A stretch of 64,000 nucleotides of DNA from Eubacteriales bacterium. GTDB lineage: Bacteria; Bacillota; Clostridia; Oscillospirales; CAG-272. Shown piece by piece: positions 20,520 to 29,066 of this stretch. Positions within the stretch are counted from its first letter, which is position 1. Every line of letters begins with the position of its first letter. Location: assembly GCA_045657165.1 (NCBI GenBank), contig JAZOSP010000071.1:15751-79750 (forward strand), in the 5' to 3' direction. Below the pieces are notes generated by a model. It ran no database searches, had not been told where the DNA came from, and saw nothing but the letters and a program-made list of their open reading frames with translations. The position numbers and the translations under genes were made by a program.

Positions 20520-21596
20520 TTACTCCTGCCCCTTTAAGCGCTCTGCAGTATCTGCCGCAATAAGGTCGTCGATTATTCCGTCCATATTACCGTTAAGAAA
20601 GGATTCGAGAGAATAAAGGGTTTTATTGATTCTATGGTCGGTCACACGGGACTGCGGATAGTTGTAGGTGCGTATTTTTTCGCTCCTGTCACCGCTTCCG
20701 ACTTGGCTTTTTCTGGTAGAGGCAATCTTCTCATTCTGCTCGCGAGTCTTGATATCGTATAGCTTCGTATAAAGAAGACGCATAGCCTTTTCCTTATTTT
20801 GAAGCTGGCTTCGCTCCTGGTCGCACTCTATAACTATTCCGCTCGGCTTATGCGTAAGACGAACTGCCGACTCGGTTTTGTTAATATGCTGACCGCCCGC
20901 ACCACTTGATTTGCAGGATTCTATTTTGATATCGGCAGGGTTAACCTCTACCTCGATTTCCTCCGCCTCGGGCAGCACCGCCACGGTGACGGTAGATGTT
21001 TGTATTCTTCCGTTTGATTCGGTTACGGGAATTCTTTGTACTCTGTGAACGCCGCTCTCGAACTTGAAGCGCGAATAAGCCCCCTCACCGCTGACGGTGA
21101 AGGTAACCTCCTTGAGGCCTCCGAGTTCTGTTTCGTTCTTATTGACGGGAACAGCGCTAAAGCCGCGCGCGGTCGCGTACATAACGTACATACGGTATAG
21201 GTCTGCTCCAAAAAGTGCTGCCTCCTCGCCGCCTGCCCCCTGCCTGATTTCGACCACTACGTTTTTCGAATCGTTTGGATCCTTTGGCATAAGAAGAACT
21301 CGCAGCTCATCTGTGAGGCTCTCACAAAGCGAGCGATACTCGCGGAACTCTGACTCGGCAAGCTCGCGCAGCTCGGAGTCGAGGCTGCCATCACGCATCA
21401 TCTCGTCAGAGTCGCGCATGTTTTTTTCTGCCGCCTTGAATTCTCTGAACTTTTCTATTATGGGCTCAAGCGATTTATATTCCTTTATAAGCGAGGAATA
21501 GAGCTTATTATTTGACACGACCTCAGGGAGTGTCAGCGATTGCTCAAGCTCCCTGAATCTGTCCTCCGCGCGAAGAAGCTTTTCGTTTATCATCAC
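20520..21596 (-). CDS. prfA: peptide chain release factor 1
   Basis: It has the GGQ motif (SGAGGQHINK) and the RF1-type PVT tripeptide in RIPVTES. The protein is 358 aa. Confidence 0.95.
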   Translation of the reverse strand: MMINEKLLRAEDRFRELEQSLTLPEVVSNNKLYSSLIKEYKSLEPIIEKFREFKAAEKNMRDSDEMMRDGSLDSELRELAESEFREYRSLCESLTDELRVLLMPKDPNDSKNVVVEIRQGAGGEEAALFGADLYRMYVMYATARGFSAVPVNKNETELGGLKEVTFTVSGEGAYSRFKFESGVHRVQRIPVTESNGRIQTSTVTVAVLPEAEEIEVEVNPADIKIESCKSSGAGGQHINKTESAVRLTHKPSGIVIECDQERSQLQNKEKAMRLLYTKLYDIKTREQNEKIASTRKSQVGSGDRSEKIRTYNYPQSRVTDHRINKTLYSLESFLNGNMDGIIDDLIAADTAERLKGQE

Positions 21597-22993
21597 TTGA
21601 TAAAGGCAACGAATGCCTCGTAGGTCGAATAAACGTCAGCCTTTGAAACTACCTCGTAGGGCGCGTGCATAGAAATCACGGGAACGCCGAGGTCAACCGT
21701 CTCGATATTGTGGTTGGCAATATACATAGCAACGGTTCCGCCGCCGCCCATATCAACCTTGCCGAGCTCTGCCGTCTGCCAGACGACACCGTTATCACGG
21801 AAAAGACGCCTTATGAATGCAACAAACTCGGCAGAGGCGTCGTTGGTTGAGGACTTGCCGCGAGAGCCCGTGTACTTGCTCATAGTAGTACCGCAGGAAA
21901 TCATAGCGCTGTTGCGCTTCTCGTAAACGTCGGCAAAATTCGGGTCGTAGCAGGCAGTAACGTCTGCGCTTAAGCATTTGCTCTTGCTTCTTACAACTAT
22001 TCTGTTCTTTCCGAGAGACGAGGATATCTCGTCAATTAAGTCAACAAGGAAATCGGACTGCATGCCGGTAATACCAACAGAGCCTATCTCCTCCTTGTCG
22101 GCAAGAACAACCATAACCGTATGCTTTGAGTCGGGAGTGTCAACGAGTGCTGTGACAGCAGGATACGAGCAAACCCTGTCGTCGTGTCCGTAGGCTGCCA
22201 TAAGCGCTCTGTCAAAGCCAATATCGCGCGCCTTGAATGCAGGCACGAGCGAAAGCTCGGCGCTGAGGAAGTCCTCCTCGGTAACGCCGTACTTGTCGTG
22301 AAGCAAAGAAAGAGCTGTAAGCTTGATTTTTTCACCAACCTCCTTATCATCGTAAGGAAGACCGCCGATTAAAATGTTTAGTGTCTCGCCACTTATCGCG
22401 TTACCAAGCGTTTCTGCCGACTGACGCTGACCGAGGTGCGGTAGCAGGTCGTTAATGTAGAATACGGGGTCGGAGTCATCCTCGCCTATTTTTACATCTA
22501 CGGTCTCGCCGTCTGCCTTTACCATAACACCGTGAAGAGCAAGCGGAATTGCCGTCCACTGATATTTCTTGACGCCGCCGTAATAATGAGTCTTGAGGAA
22601 TGCCATTCCCGCGTCCTCATACATAGGAATCTGCTTTAAGTCGAGTCTTGGCGAATCGACGTGCGCCGCAAGGATTCTTATACCCTCTTTTTCAATATCG
22701 TTTTCGCCGACACGGAAAAGAATGACGCTCTTGCCGTGCTGATTCAGATATTTCTTATCACCAACCGAAATACTATCTCCGAACTTATATTCGGTATAGC
22801 CCGCCGCCTTTGCAATCTCTATTGCCGCACCGACGGCTTCCCTTTCGGTTTTTCCCTCGTCGAGATATTTTGCATATCCCTTTGCATACTCCATTATCGC
22901 ACTGATTTTCTCGGGAGTCGCCTCCTCGTAAATATTTTTCTTTTTGTAGGAAAGCGCATCAAGCATTTCCTGACCTACGGTTTTTTCAGACAT
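21593..22993 (-). CDS. M18-family aminopeptidase
   Basis: It contains AAHVDSPRLDLK, GHDDR and DKEEIGS, and is 466 aa. Its stop overlaps the prfA start (4-nt ATGA overlap). Confidence 0.8.
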   Translation of the reverse strand: MSEKTVGQEMLDALSYKKKNIYEEATPEKISAIMEYAKGYAKYLDEGKTEREAVGAAIEIAKAAGYTEYKFGDSISVGDKKYLNQHGKSVILFRVGENDIEKEGIRILAAHVDSPRLDLKQIPMYEDAGMAFLKTHYYGGVKKYQWTAIPLALHGVMVKADGETVDVKIGEDDSDPVFYINDLLPHLGQRQSAETLGNAISGETLNILIGGLPYDDKEVGEKIKLTALSLLHDKYGVTEEDFLSAELSLVPAFKARDIGFDRALMAAYGHDDRVCSYPAVTALVDTPDSKHTVMVVLADKEEIGSVGITGMQSDFLVDLIDEISSSLGKNRIVVRSKSKCLSADVTACYDPNFADVYEKRNSAMISCGTTMSKYTGSRGKSSTNDASAEFVAFIRRLFRDNGVVWQTAELGKVDMGGGGTVAMYIANHNIETVDLGVPVISMHAPYEVVSKADVYSTYEAFVAFIK

Positions 22994-23010
22994 ATTTATT
23001 CTCCTTAAAA

Positions 23011-23616
23011 TTATTTTTCAGAAATGACTGCAAGAATTTCCGCTATATCGCGGTAAAGCCTGTCACAGTCGCCGTCGTTTCTTATGAGAAAATCAGAACG
23101 GGCGGCAAGGTCGCTGTCCGAGAGCTGTGCGGATATTCTCGCGAGAGCCGCCTCGCGCGCGATACCGTCGCGTTCCATTATTCTTCGAACACGAAGCTCC
23201 GTGGGGGCGCTGACACAAATAATTTTATCGCACTCCTTATCAAACCCCGACTCAAAAAGTAGCGGTGCGTCAACGAGCACAGCTTCGACACCCTTGCTTG
23301 AGAACAGGTTAAGCCGCTCTCTTACTGAGGCAAGCACGTGTCTGTGAGCAATCTCGTTGAGTCTTTTACGATTGTATTCGGAATTGTCACCCGAGAAGGC
23401 AAGCGCGCGCATGGCAGCTCTGTCAAGTGCGCCGTCCTTTGTAATTATTTTTTCTCCAAACTCGCGCGAAAGCTCAAGCAAGCAGTCACTACACTGCGAG
23501 GTCAGCTCACGATAAATTTCGTCGGTGTCAATAGACGGGATTCCGTACGAGGCAAAAATCCTCGAGACGTAGCCCTTTCCGCTACCGCTGCCGCCACACA
23601 GACCCAGAATTTTCAT
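23011..23616 (-). CDS. coaE: dephospho-CoA kinase
   Basis: The P-loop is GLCGGSGSGKG. The protein is about 200 aa with typical CoaE layout. Confidence 0.9.
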   Translation of the reverse strand: MKILGLCGGSGSGKGYVSRIFASYGIPSIDTDEIYRELTSQCSDCLLELSREFGEKIITKDGALDRAAMRALAFSGDNSEYNRKRLNEIAHRHVLASVRERLNLFSSKGVEAVLVDAPLLFESGFDKECDKIICVSAPTELRVRRIMERDGIAREAALARISAQLSDSDLAARSDFLIRNDGDCDRLYRDIAEILAVISEK

Positions 23617-23679
23617 AGACGTATTACTCCTTATAAAATATATTATACTATATATATAAGTGAAAAGTCAAGTTTAATA

Positions 23680-23708
23680 TTGGCAGATTTCGGAAAAATG
23701 AATATAAT
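23680..23708 (+). promoter_or_regulatory. sigma-A-type promoter upstream of the P-loop ATPase gene
   Basis: TTGGCA (23680-23685), a 17-nt spacer, then TATAAT (23703-23708). This supports the ATG at 23734 as the start. Confidence 0.55.
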
Positions 23709-23733
23709 TAACACTAAACACATGGAGGGTCAT

Positions 23734-24786
23734 ATGGAAAAAAGAGCAAAAATCGGTTATTTCGCCGCCGCAAACGGCTACGACGGCTTCAGAAGCTATT
23801 TCGGAGAGATTTTTAATCCCGAGAATTACACTCGCCTGTACGTTCTGAAGGGTGGGCCCGGCACGGGTAAAAGCTCACTTATGAGGAGTGTGTATTCACG
23901 CTTTTGCGAGTCATGCAATCATGCAGAGGTAATATACTGCTCATCCGACCCGGACTCACTTGACGGGGTAATATTACAAAATGGAAACGTTTGCATAGCA
24001 GTAATTGACGGAACGGCACCGCACGAGAGGGACACTGTTTACCCCGGGGCTGTCGATGAAATTATAAATCTCGGTAGCAGCTGGGACACGCGTTGGCTTG
24101 AGGCAAAAAGAGAGGACATATTCGCCTTAAATCAAGAGAAGCGTGAAGCGTATAAAGCGGCGTATACGTATCTTTCCTCAGCAGGTCAAGCAAAACGCGA
24201 GATAGACAAAATCAAAAACAGTAGATTCGATTATAAAAGTGCAAAAGAAACGGCAAAAACCTTGGCAGAATCCATCAAAAAGTCGAACTTTGGCAGTGTA
24301 ACAACACGCCTTATATCTGCATTCGGAAAGTCCGGCAAAGTTCGTCTTGACACCATAAACGAAATATCCGACACAAGCTACACCATCTCCGGAGACGGTC
24401 ATGCAGCTTCGATTTTCCTATCGCTTTTGCTCGAAGAAACCAAGGATAGTGCAAGGGTTATCCGCTTCCCTACGCCCTTCGATGATAAAAGCTGCGAGGC
24501 GCTGTATTATAGCGACGCTCGCCTCTCTTTTTCAGTCGGCGGTGGGGCGGATAAGGAAATAGACGCAGACGAATTTATCAAGACGAATTCAATGAGCTAC
24601 GAGCGCACGAGAGTGCTTTCAGAGCTTCATGACCGTTCACTTGAGGAAGCGAAGAGGTGGTTTTCTATAGCGGCAGATCTACATGCGCGGCTTGAAAAAA
24701 TTTATTTTGAGGCTATGAATTTTGAAAAGAACGATATGGTGCTCGCAGCACTCAACGAGGATATTTCGTCGAAACTCGGAAGTTAA
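23734..24786 (+). CDS. hypothetical P-loop ATPase (uncharacterised family)
   Basis: The Walker A is LKGGPGTGKSS and a Walker B-like stretch reads IAVIDGTAPHE. The track ORF (from 23338) overlaps coaE on the other strand. The ATG at 23734 follows the RBS GGAGGG and lies downstream of a TTGGCA-17-TATAAT promoter. Confidence 0.6.
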   Translation: MEKRAKIGYFAAANGYDGFRSYFGEIFNPENYTRLYVLKGGPGTGKSSLMRSVYSRFCESCNHAEVIYCSSDPDSLDGVILQNGNVCIAVIDGTAPHERDTVYPGAVDEIINLGSSWDTRWLEAKREDIFALNQEKREAYKAAYTYLSSAGQAKREIDKIKNSRFDYKSAKETAKTLAESIKKSNFGSVTTRLISAFGKSGKVRLDTINEISDTSYTISGDGHAASIFLSLLLEETKDSARVIRFPTPFDDKSCEALYYSDARLSFSVGGGADKEIDADEFIKTNSMSYERTRVLSELHDRSLEEAKRWFSIAADLHARLEKIYFEAMNFEKNDMVLAALNEDISSKLGS

Positions 24787-24862
24787 GATAAGTTAAGATA
24801 AATTTTCTTCTTTTCTTGACTTATTGCGCACTTTATGATATTATAATATAGATAACACAAAT

Positions 24863-24890
24863 AAGAGTCGCGACGTATGCCGCGACTCTT
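24863..24890 (-). terminator. intrinsic terminator after ackA
   Basis: The 10-bp stem is AAGAGTCGCG / CGCGACTCTT. On the minus strand it is followed by a T-rich tract (TATTTGTGTT). Confidence 0.7.
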
Positions 24891-24899
24891 TGGTGAAAA

Positions 24900-26108
24900 T
24901 TATTTAGCTTCTCTTACGATTTTTTCGGTATCTCTTGCAATGACGAGCTCCTCGTTCGTCGGAATCATGTAAACGAGCACCGACGAGTCGTCACTCGACA
25001 GTTTAACGGGCGTGCTCGAGTGTCCGAAGGTGTTTCTCTCCTTGTCAAGCTTTACCCCGAGGTATTCAAGACCGGAAAGTGCGTTTTCGCGAATGTATGG
25101 CGTGTGCTCGCCTATACCTGCGGTGAATACTATGGCATCGAGACCGCCCATTGCGGCAGAATAAGAGCCTATATACTTTTTGATTTGATAGCAAAGCATA
25201 TCAAACGCAAGCTTTGCTCTCTCGTTGCCCTCGCGCATAGCGCGCTCAACGTCGCGAGAATCAGAGCCGACGCCTCCTATGCCGTCAAATCCGCACTTCT
25301 TGTTCATATAGGACTCCATTTCGCTCGGAGTATACCCTCTTTTATCCATAATGTAGGTTACGATTGCGGGATCGATAGCACCGCACCTTGTGCCCATCAT
25401 CACGCCGTCAAGAGGCGTAAATCCCATCGAGGTATCAACGCACCTGCCGTCCTTTACGGCGGTAATAGACGAGCCGTTACCGATGTGGCAGGTAACGATT
25501 TTAGTCCCGCTTGCCTCACCGCCCATAAGCTTTACCATCTCTCCCGACACGTATCTGTGAGAGGTGCCGTGCGCGCCGTAGCGGCGGATACCGTAATCCT
25601 CGTACATATCGTAGGATACGCCGTACATATAAGCCTCGCGCTCCATCGTCTGATGGAATGCGGTATCGAAAACAAGCACCTGAGGCACTCCGGGCATTGC
25701 CGCGGTGCAGCCCTTTATTCCCATTATGTGTGCAGGGGTATGCAGAGGCGCATAAGCGGTGCATTTTTCGAGCACAGCCATAACCTCGTCGGTTGCAAGC
25801 ACCGATTCGGTAAAGTGAGGGCCACCGTGAACGACTCTGTGTCCGATAGCCTCTATTTCATCGACAGACTTAAGAGAACCTACGTCAGAATCGAGCAGCA
25901 CGCGCACCACGAGCTTTGTTGCTTCGGCATGGTCTTGTATCTGACACTCCTCCACGTATTCGCGACCGTCGCACCTCTTATGTACAATACGCGAGTGGTC
26001 TATTCCTATTCTCTCACAGTTTCCCTTTGCAAGCACGGTGTCGCCGTCGGTATCAAAAAGCTGATACTTGAGCGAGCTTGAGCCTGCGTTTACAACAAGC
26101 ACCTTCAT
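24900..26108 (-). CDS. ackA: acetate kinase
   Basis: The start MKVLVVNAGSSSLKYQLF, taken at the second in-frame ATG, is the canonical AckA N-terminus. GHRVVHGG and the ASKHA fold motifs are present. Confidence 0.95.
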   Translation of the reverse strand: MKVLVVNAGSSSLKYQLFDTDGDTVLAKGNCERIGIDHSRIVHKRCDGREYVEECQIQDHAEATKLVVRVLLDSDVGSLKSVDEIEAIGHRVVHGGPHFTESVLATDEVMAVLEKCTAYAPLHTPAHIMGIKGCTAAMPGVPQVLVFDTAFHQTMEREAYMYGVSYDMYEDYGIRRYGAHGTSHRYVSGEMVKLMGGEASGTKIVTCHIGNGSSITAVKDGRCVDTSMGFTPLDGVMMGTRCGAIDPAIVTYIMDKRGYTPSEMESYMNKKCGFDGIGGVGSDSRDVERAMREGNERAKLAFDMLCYQIKKYIGSYSAAMGGLDAIVFTAGIGEHTPYIRENALSGLEYLGVKLDKERNTFGHSSTPVKLSSDDSSVLVYMIPTNEELVIARDTEKIVREAK

Positions 26109-26229
26109 AATAAGTCTCCGTTTCATATTTTTTAAGCGTAACTATTATACACCAAAATCTAAAATTTATCAACACCTAATCAAAATTTTGGAAGATGTAT
26201 TTCAAAACCGTAGGAAAGGGGTCGGTCGA

Positions 26230-27447
26230 ATGAAAACAGCGGCAATTATCGCAGAATACAATCCCTTTCATAACGGTCATAAATATCAGATAGATAAGCT
26301 TCGCGAGCAGCTCGGTGCTGATACTGCGGTTATAGCGATAATGAGCGGCAATTTCACGCAGCGAGGCGAGCTTGCGATAGCCGATAAAACCGTAAGAGCG
26401 CGCGCTGCTATTGATTCGGGAGTTAATCTCGTGCTCGAGCTTCCCTTCCCTTATTCCATGTCGAGCGCCGAATTTTTTGCTGCAGCAGGCGTCCATATCG
26501 CAAATTCTATAGGTGTTGTCGACTTCCTTGTATTCGGCAGCGAGAATGGAGATATAGGTACTCTTTCCGAGATTGCAGAAAATATGCTTTCCGAAAAATT
26601 TCTTGCGGCGCTTTGTGAGCGCGAAGCCTCACCTGAAAATGCCGCCGTTGGATATCCGCAGCTTTGCGAGTCAACGTATAATGTCACCTTTGAAAAAAAG
26701 GCACCGTCCTCGCTCTTTTCGCCAAACAACATTCTCGCGTTAGAATATATTAAGGCGCTTTTGCGCATAGGCTCTCTTATCACCCCGATTACGATAAAGC
26801 GCTCGGGCGCCGGCTATAACGACCCCCTAATCCACGAAACGGAGCTTCAAAGCGCAAGCTCTTTGAGAAAGCTGATTAACGGCAGAGACAATTCTGCCTT
26901 TAATTATATCCCGAATACTGCGGCGCGCGCCTTTTTCGACGCGCAAAAAGACGGCAAAATGCCGTCAGATGAGTCAAGGCTCGATAACGCAGTTATTTCA
27001 CATTTCAGATTAAACTCACCCACTGAAAGTGTCAATATACACGACGCGGCGGGTGGTTTATATAACCGCCTGTGCAGGATAAGTGCGCAGGCAACAAGCA
27101 TTTCCTCTTTGACGTCTATGACCGAAACGAAAAAGTACACGAGTGCAAGAATCCGTCGTGCCGTGTGGAACTCCTTCTTCGGCGTTACCTCCTCCGATGT
27201 AAGGCGCACACCGGCGTATACACAGGTTTTAGGACTCGACTCTATCGGCAGGTTATTACTGAAAAGAATCAAGAAAATGAGCGACTTCCCCGTCATAACA
27301 AAGCCCTCCTCTTATAACGAGCTGTCAGATGACGTAATTTTACAAAAGGAGCTTTCAAACAAGGCGGATTCAGTCTACGGCTTGTCGCTTGACGCCCCGA
27401 ATTCGGGCACATTTGCGCTGTCCTTTACACCTTATGTAAAAAAATAG
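26230..27447 (+). CDS. tmcAL: tRNA(Met) cytidine acetate ligase TmcAL (YlbM/UPF0348 nucleotidyltransferase)
   Basis: MKTAAIIAEYNPFHNGHKYQI is the HxGH-type nucleotidyltransferase signature typical of YlbM/TmcAL. MSGNFTQRGE is present and the protein is 405 aa. The track ORF is N-terminally over-extended into ackA. Confidence 0.8.
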   Translation: MKTAAIIAEYNPFHNGHKYQIDKLREQLGADTAVIAIMSGNFTQRGELAIADKTVRARAAIDSGVNLVLELPFPYSMSSAEFFAAAGVHIANSIGVVDFLVFGSENGDIGTLSEIAENMLSEKFLAALCEREASPENAAVGYPQLCESTYNVTFEKKAPSSLFSPNNILALEYIKALLRIGSLITPITIKRSGAGYNDPLIHETELQSASSLRKLINGRDNSAFNYIPNTAARAFFDAQKDGKMPSDESRLDNAVISHFRLNSPTESVNIHDAAGGLYNRLCRISAQATSISSLTSMTETKKYTSARIRRAVWNSFFGVTSSDVRRTPAYTQVLGLDSIGRLLLKRIKKMSDFPVITKPSSYNELSDDVILQKELSNKADSVYGLSLDAPNSGTFALSFTPYVKK

Positions 27448-27578
27448 CGTTACCTGCGAAATATTAACGCCATCTCTTTTTGTCGAAGCTATTTACAGCA
27501 GAGGAAAGATTTGGTATGATATTAGCGAAATGGACAAGCAAGCCGTCATTTTCAAATATTTTGAAAGGAGAAAACAGT

Positions 27579-27857
27579 ATGTTAAACGCAGAAGGCGTAA
27601 GCACCGAGGAGTTCCTTGAGTATAAAGGAAGACCTCTCGTTCGTCAGGGCGATGATATCTTCTACGGCGATTTGTCAGAGGAGTTTTACGTCTATATGAT
27701 GATTATGTCCGACAAAAAAAGTGCAAAGGGCGATGCACAGGTTCCTGACACCATTATGGTTCAGCTTCTTGAAAGCGAAACCAAGAAGCCCGTTAAGCAA
27801 AAAATTACAAAGGGTCTCGCCGAGGCATTTGAGTATGCCGAGGCTTGGCTGCGCTGA
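27579..27857 (+). CDS. hypothetical small acidic protein (92 aa)
   Basis: The ATG at 27579 is preceded by the RBS GAAAGGAG. No family was recognised. Its composition is protein-like and its stop lies about 50 nt before the next gene. Confidence 0.5.
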   Translation: MLNAEGVSTEEFLEYKGRPLVRQGDDIFYGDLSEEFYVYMMIMSDKKSAKGDAQVPDTIMVQLLESETKKPVKQKITKGLAEAFEYAEAWLR

Positions 27858-27908
27858 TATTAATCAGTCAATAAGCGTGCGTACGGTACGTACGCAAGGA
27901 GGTAAAAA

Positions 27909-29027
27909 ATGAATACGCCAAAAACAAACAGCTACGCAAGGCTGATTGCTTTTTTTCTCGTCGCCGTTACACTTATATGTGCATTCGGATTTGCGGCGAA
28001 CGGATGGCAATCAGACACCAACAACGAACCGGATAGCGGTGAAGCCGATAACGTTAACGGCGAAACCGATGAAAATAAAGACGGCAGTGACGACACAGAC
28101 AAGACACCCGAGGAGCCGATTGCTCCCGAACCCAAATTCTACAACCCCTTGACAGGTCTTGAGACCAATGAGCACAGCTCAATCAAAAAGCCTTTGGCTT
28201 TCGTTATGAACCCATTAGCTCCGCTTTACGGAATATCGAGTGCTGATTTAGCTATCGAATTTCCCATCGAAGACGGAACCACGCGCCTTCTTTCAATATC
28301 GCAGGATACAGCTAACTTAGGAAAAATCGGTTCACTCGCTCCCACCCGCGGATACGTATCAAACCTCGCTAAATATTTTGGCTCGGTTCTCGTATCCACA
28401 GGCTCCGACGACACGGTGAGGTATGATAGCTTTGATCTTTCGGGCTCAAGCTTCAATCTGTCTGAGAACTCGGGATATCACTACACGGAATACACGCATT
28501 TTGTTTACACTAACGGTGATCTGATATCGGCAGGACTTGCAAATTCCGGAATAAGCTCAGTACAGCTCTCATCGCCCGCACTTCCCTATAAATTCGTCGA
28601 TATTGAGGATTCGCCAGTGAAAGGCGAGACTGTCGCGATTTCGGTCGCGCTTACCTTCTCCGAGGGGTCGAGCACCGAGTTCTATTACAATTCGACAGAA
28701 AACAGTTACACCCTCACAAAGGGCGGTGCTGAGAAAAAAGATCTTCTAAACGACAAGGAGGTTGCCTTTGAAAACCTGTTTATCCTGTTCGCCGATTCCA
28801 TAACCTACGAGGGCAAGGATGCGAGCGAGCTTGTTATGAACACTTCGGGCAGCGGCGAGGGATACTACGTTACAGGAGGCACCTGTATGAAAATATTATG
28901 GTCCGCAGACGTATCCGGTAATATGATATTCAAAACCGAAAGCGGCGAGATTCTTACCGTTAACCGCGGTACGTCTTACATCGGCTTCCTGAAAGCATCG
29001 CGCACGGACGACGTTAAATTCTCATAA
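27909..29027 (+). CDS. DUF3048 (YerB-like) domain protein, membrane-anchored or secreted
   Basis: It has an N-terminal hydrophobic anchor (LIAFFLVAVTLICAF) and an acidic low-complexity linker. These are followed by NPLTGL, AFVMN and IEFPIEDGTTRLLSI, which resemble the DUF3048 core. Confidence 0.6.
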   Translation: MNTPKTNSYARLIAFFLVAVTLICAFGFAANGWQSDTNNEPDSGEADNVNGETDENKDGSDDTDKTPEEPIAPEPKFYNPLTGLETNEHSSIKKPLAFVMNPLAPLYGISSADLAIEFPIEDGTTRLLSISQDTANLGKIGSLAPTRGYVSNLAKYFGSVLVSTGSDDTVRYDSFDLSGSSFNLSENSGYHYTEYTHFVYTNGDLISAGLANSGISSVQLSSPALPYKFVDIEDSPVKGETVAISVALTFSEGSSTEFYYNSTENSYTLTKGGAEKKDLLNDKEVAFENLFILFADSITYEGKDASELVMNTSGSGEGYYVTGGTCMKILWSADVSGNMIFKTESGEILTVNRGTSYIGFLKASRTDDVKFS

Positions 29028-29030
29028 AAA

Positions 29031-29066
29031 TAGAAAAAGAGCCTAATGGCTCTTTTTCTATTTTAG
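29031..29066. terminator. bidirectional terminator between DUF3048 gene and spoVT
   Basis: The 12-bp stem is AGAAAAAGAGCC / GGCTCTTTTTCT with a TAAT loop. It is flanked by A-run and T-run sequences, so a U-tract follows on either strand. Confidence 0.75.

Noticed and set aside
20520-21596. I considered a possible programmed frameshift in the release factor gene.
   Set aside because: The gene is RF1 (PVT tripeptide), not RF2. The ORF is continuous with no internal in-frame stop, so no frameshift is needed.
23338-23733. N-terminal extensions of track ORFs were noted: 23338 (ATPase), 26068 (tmcAL), 27480 (small ORF), 54900 (xseA), 56308 and 56768 (ruvAB operon), 8458 (recG), 26126 (ackA), 33252 (lipoprotein) and 48669 (whiA).
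   Set aside because: The extensions overlap neighbouring genes or promoters and lack an RBS. They add residues not seen in the respective families. Internal ATG codons with good RBS and canonical family N-termini were used instead.
24781-24802. A 10-nt tandem duplication (AGTTAAGATA AGTTAAGATA AA) spans the stop codon of the ATPase gene.
   Set aside because: There are only two copies. The stop codon lies in the first copy, so slippage would not change the protein. It is most simply a replication-slippage scar.
25020-26081. A 353-aa plus-strand ORF lies antisense to ackA.
   Set aside because: It is in the same codon-aligned antisense frame ((25020-24900) is divisible by 3). ackA is unmistakable on the minus strand, and the antisense product has no recognisable features. 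It is a by-product of codon bias.
27481-27487. A perfect Spo0A-box heptamer (TGTCGAA) lies upstream of the small ORF/DUF3048 pair.
   Set aside because: A specific 7-mer is expected several times by chance in 64 kb on two strands. It is a single copy with no second box nearby. It is not enough to claim Spo0A control.
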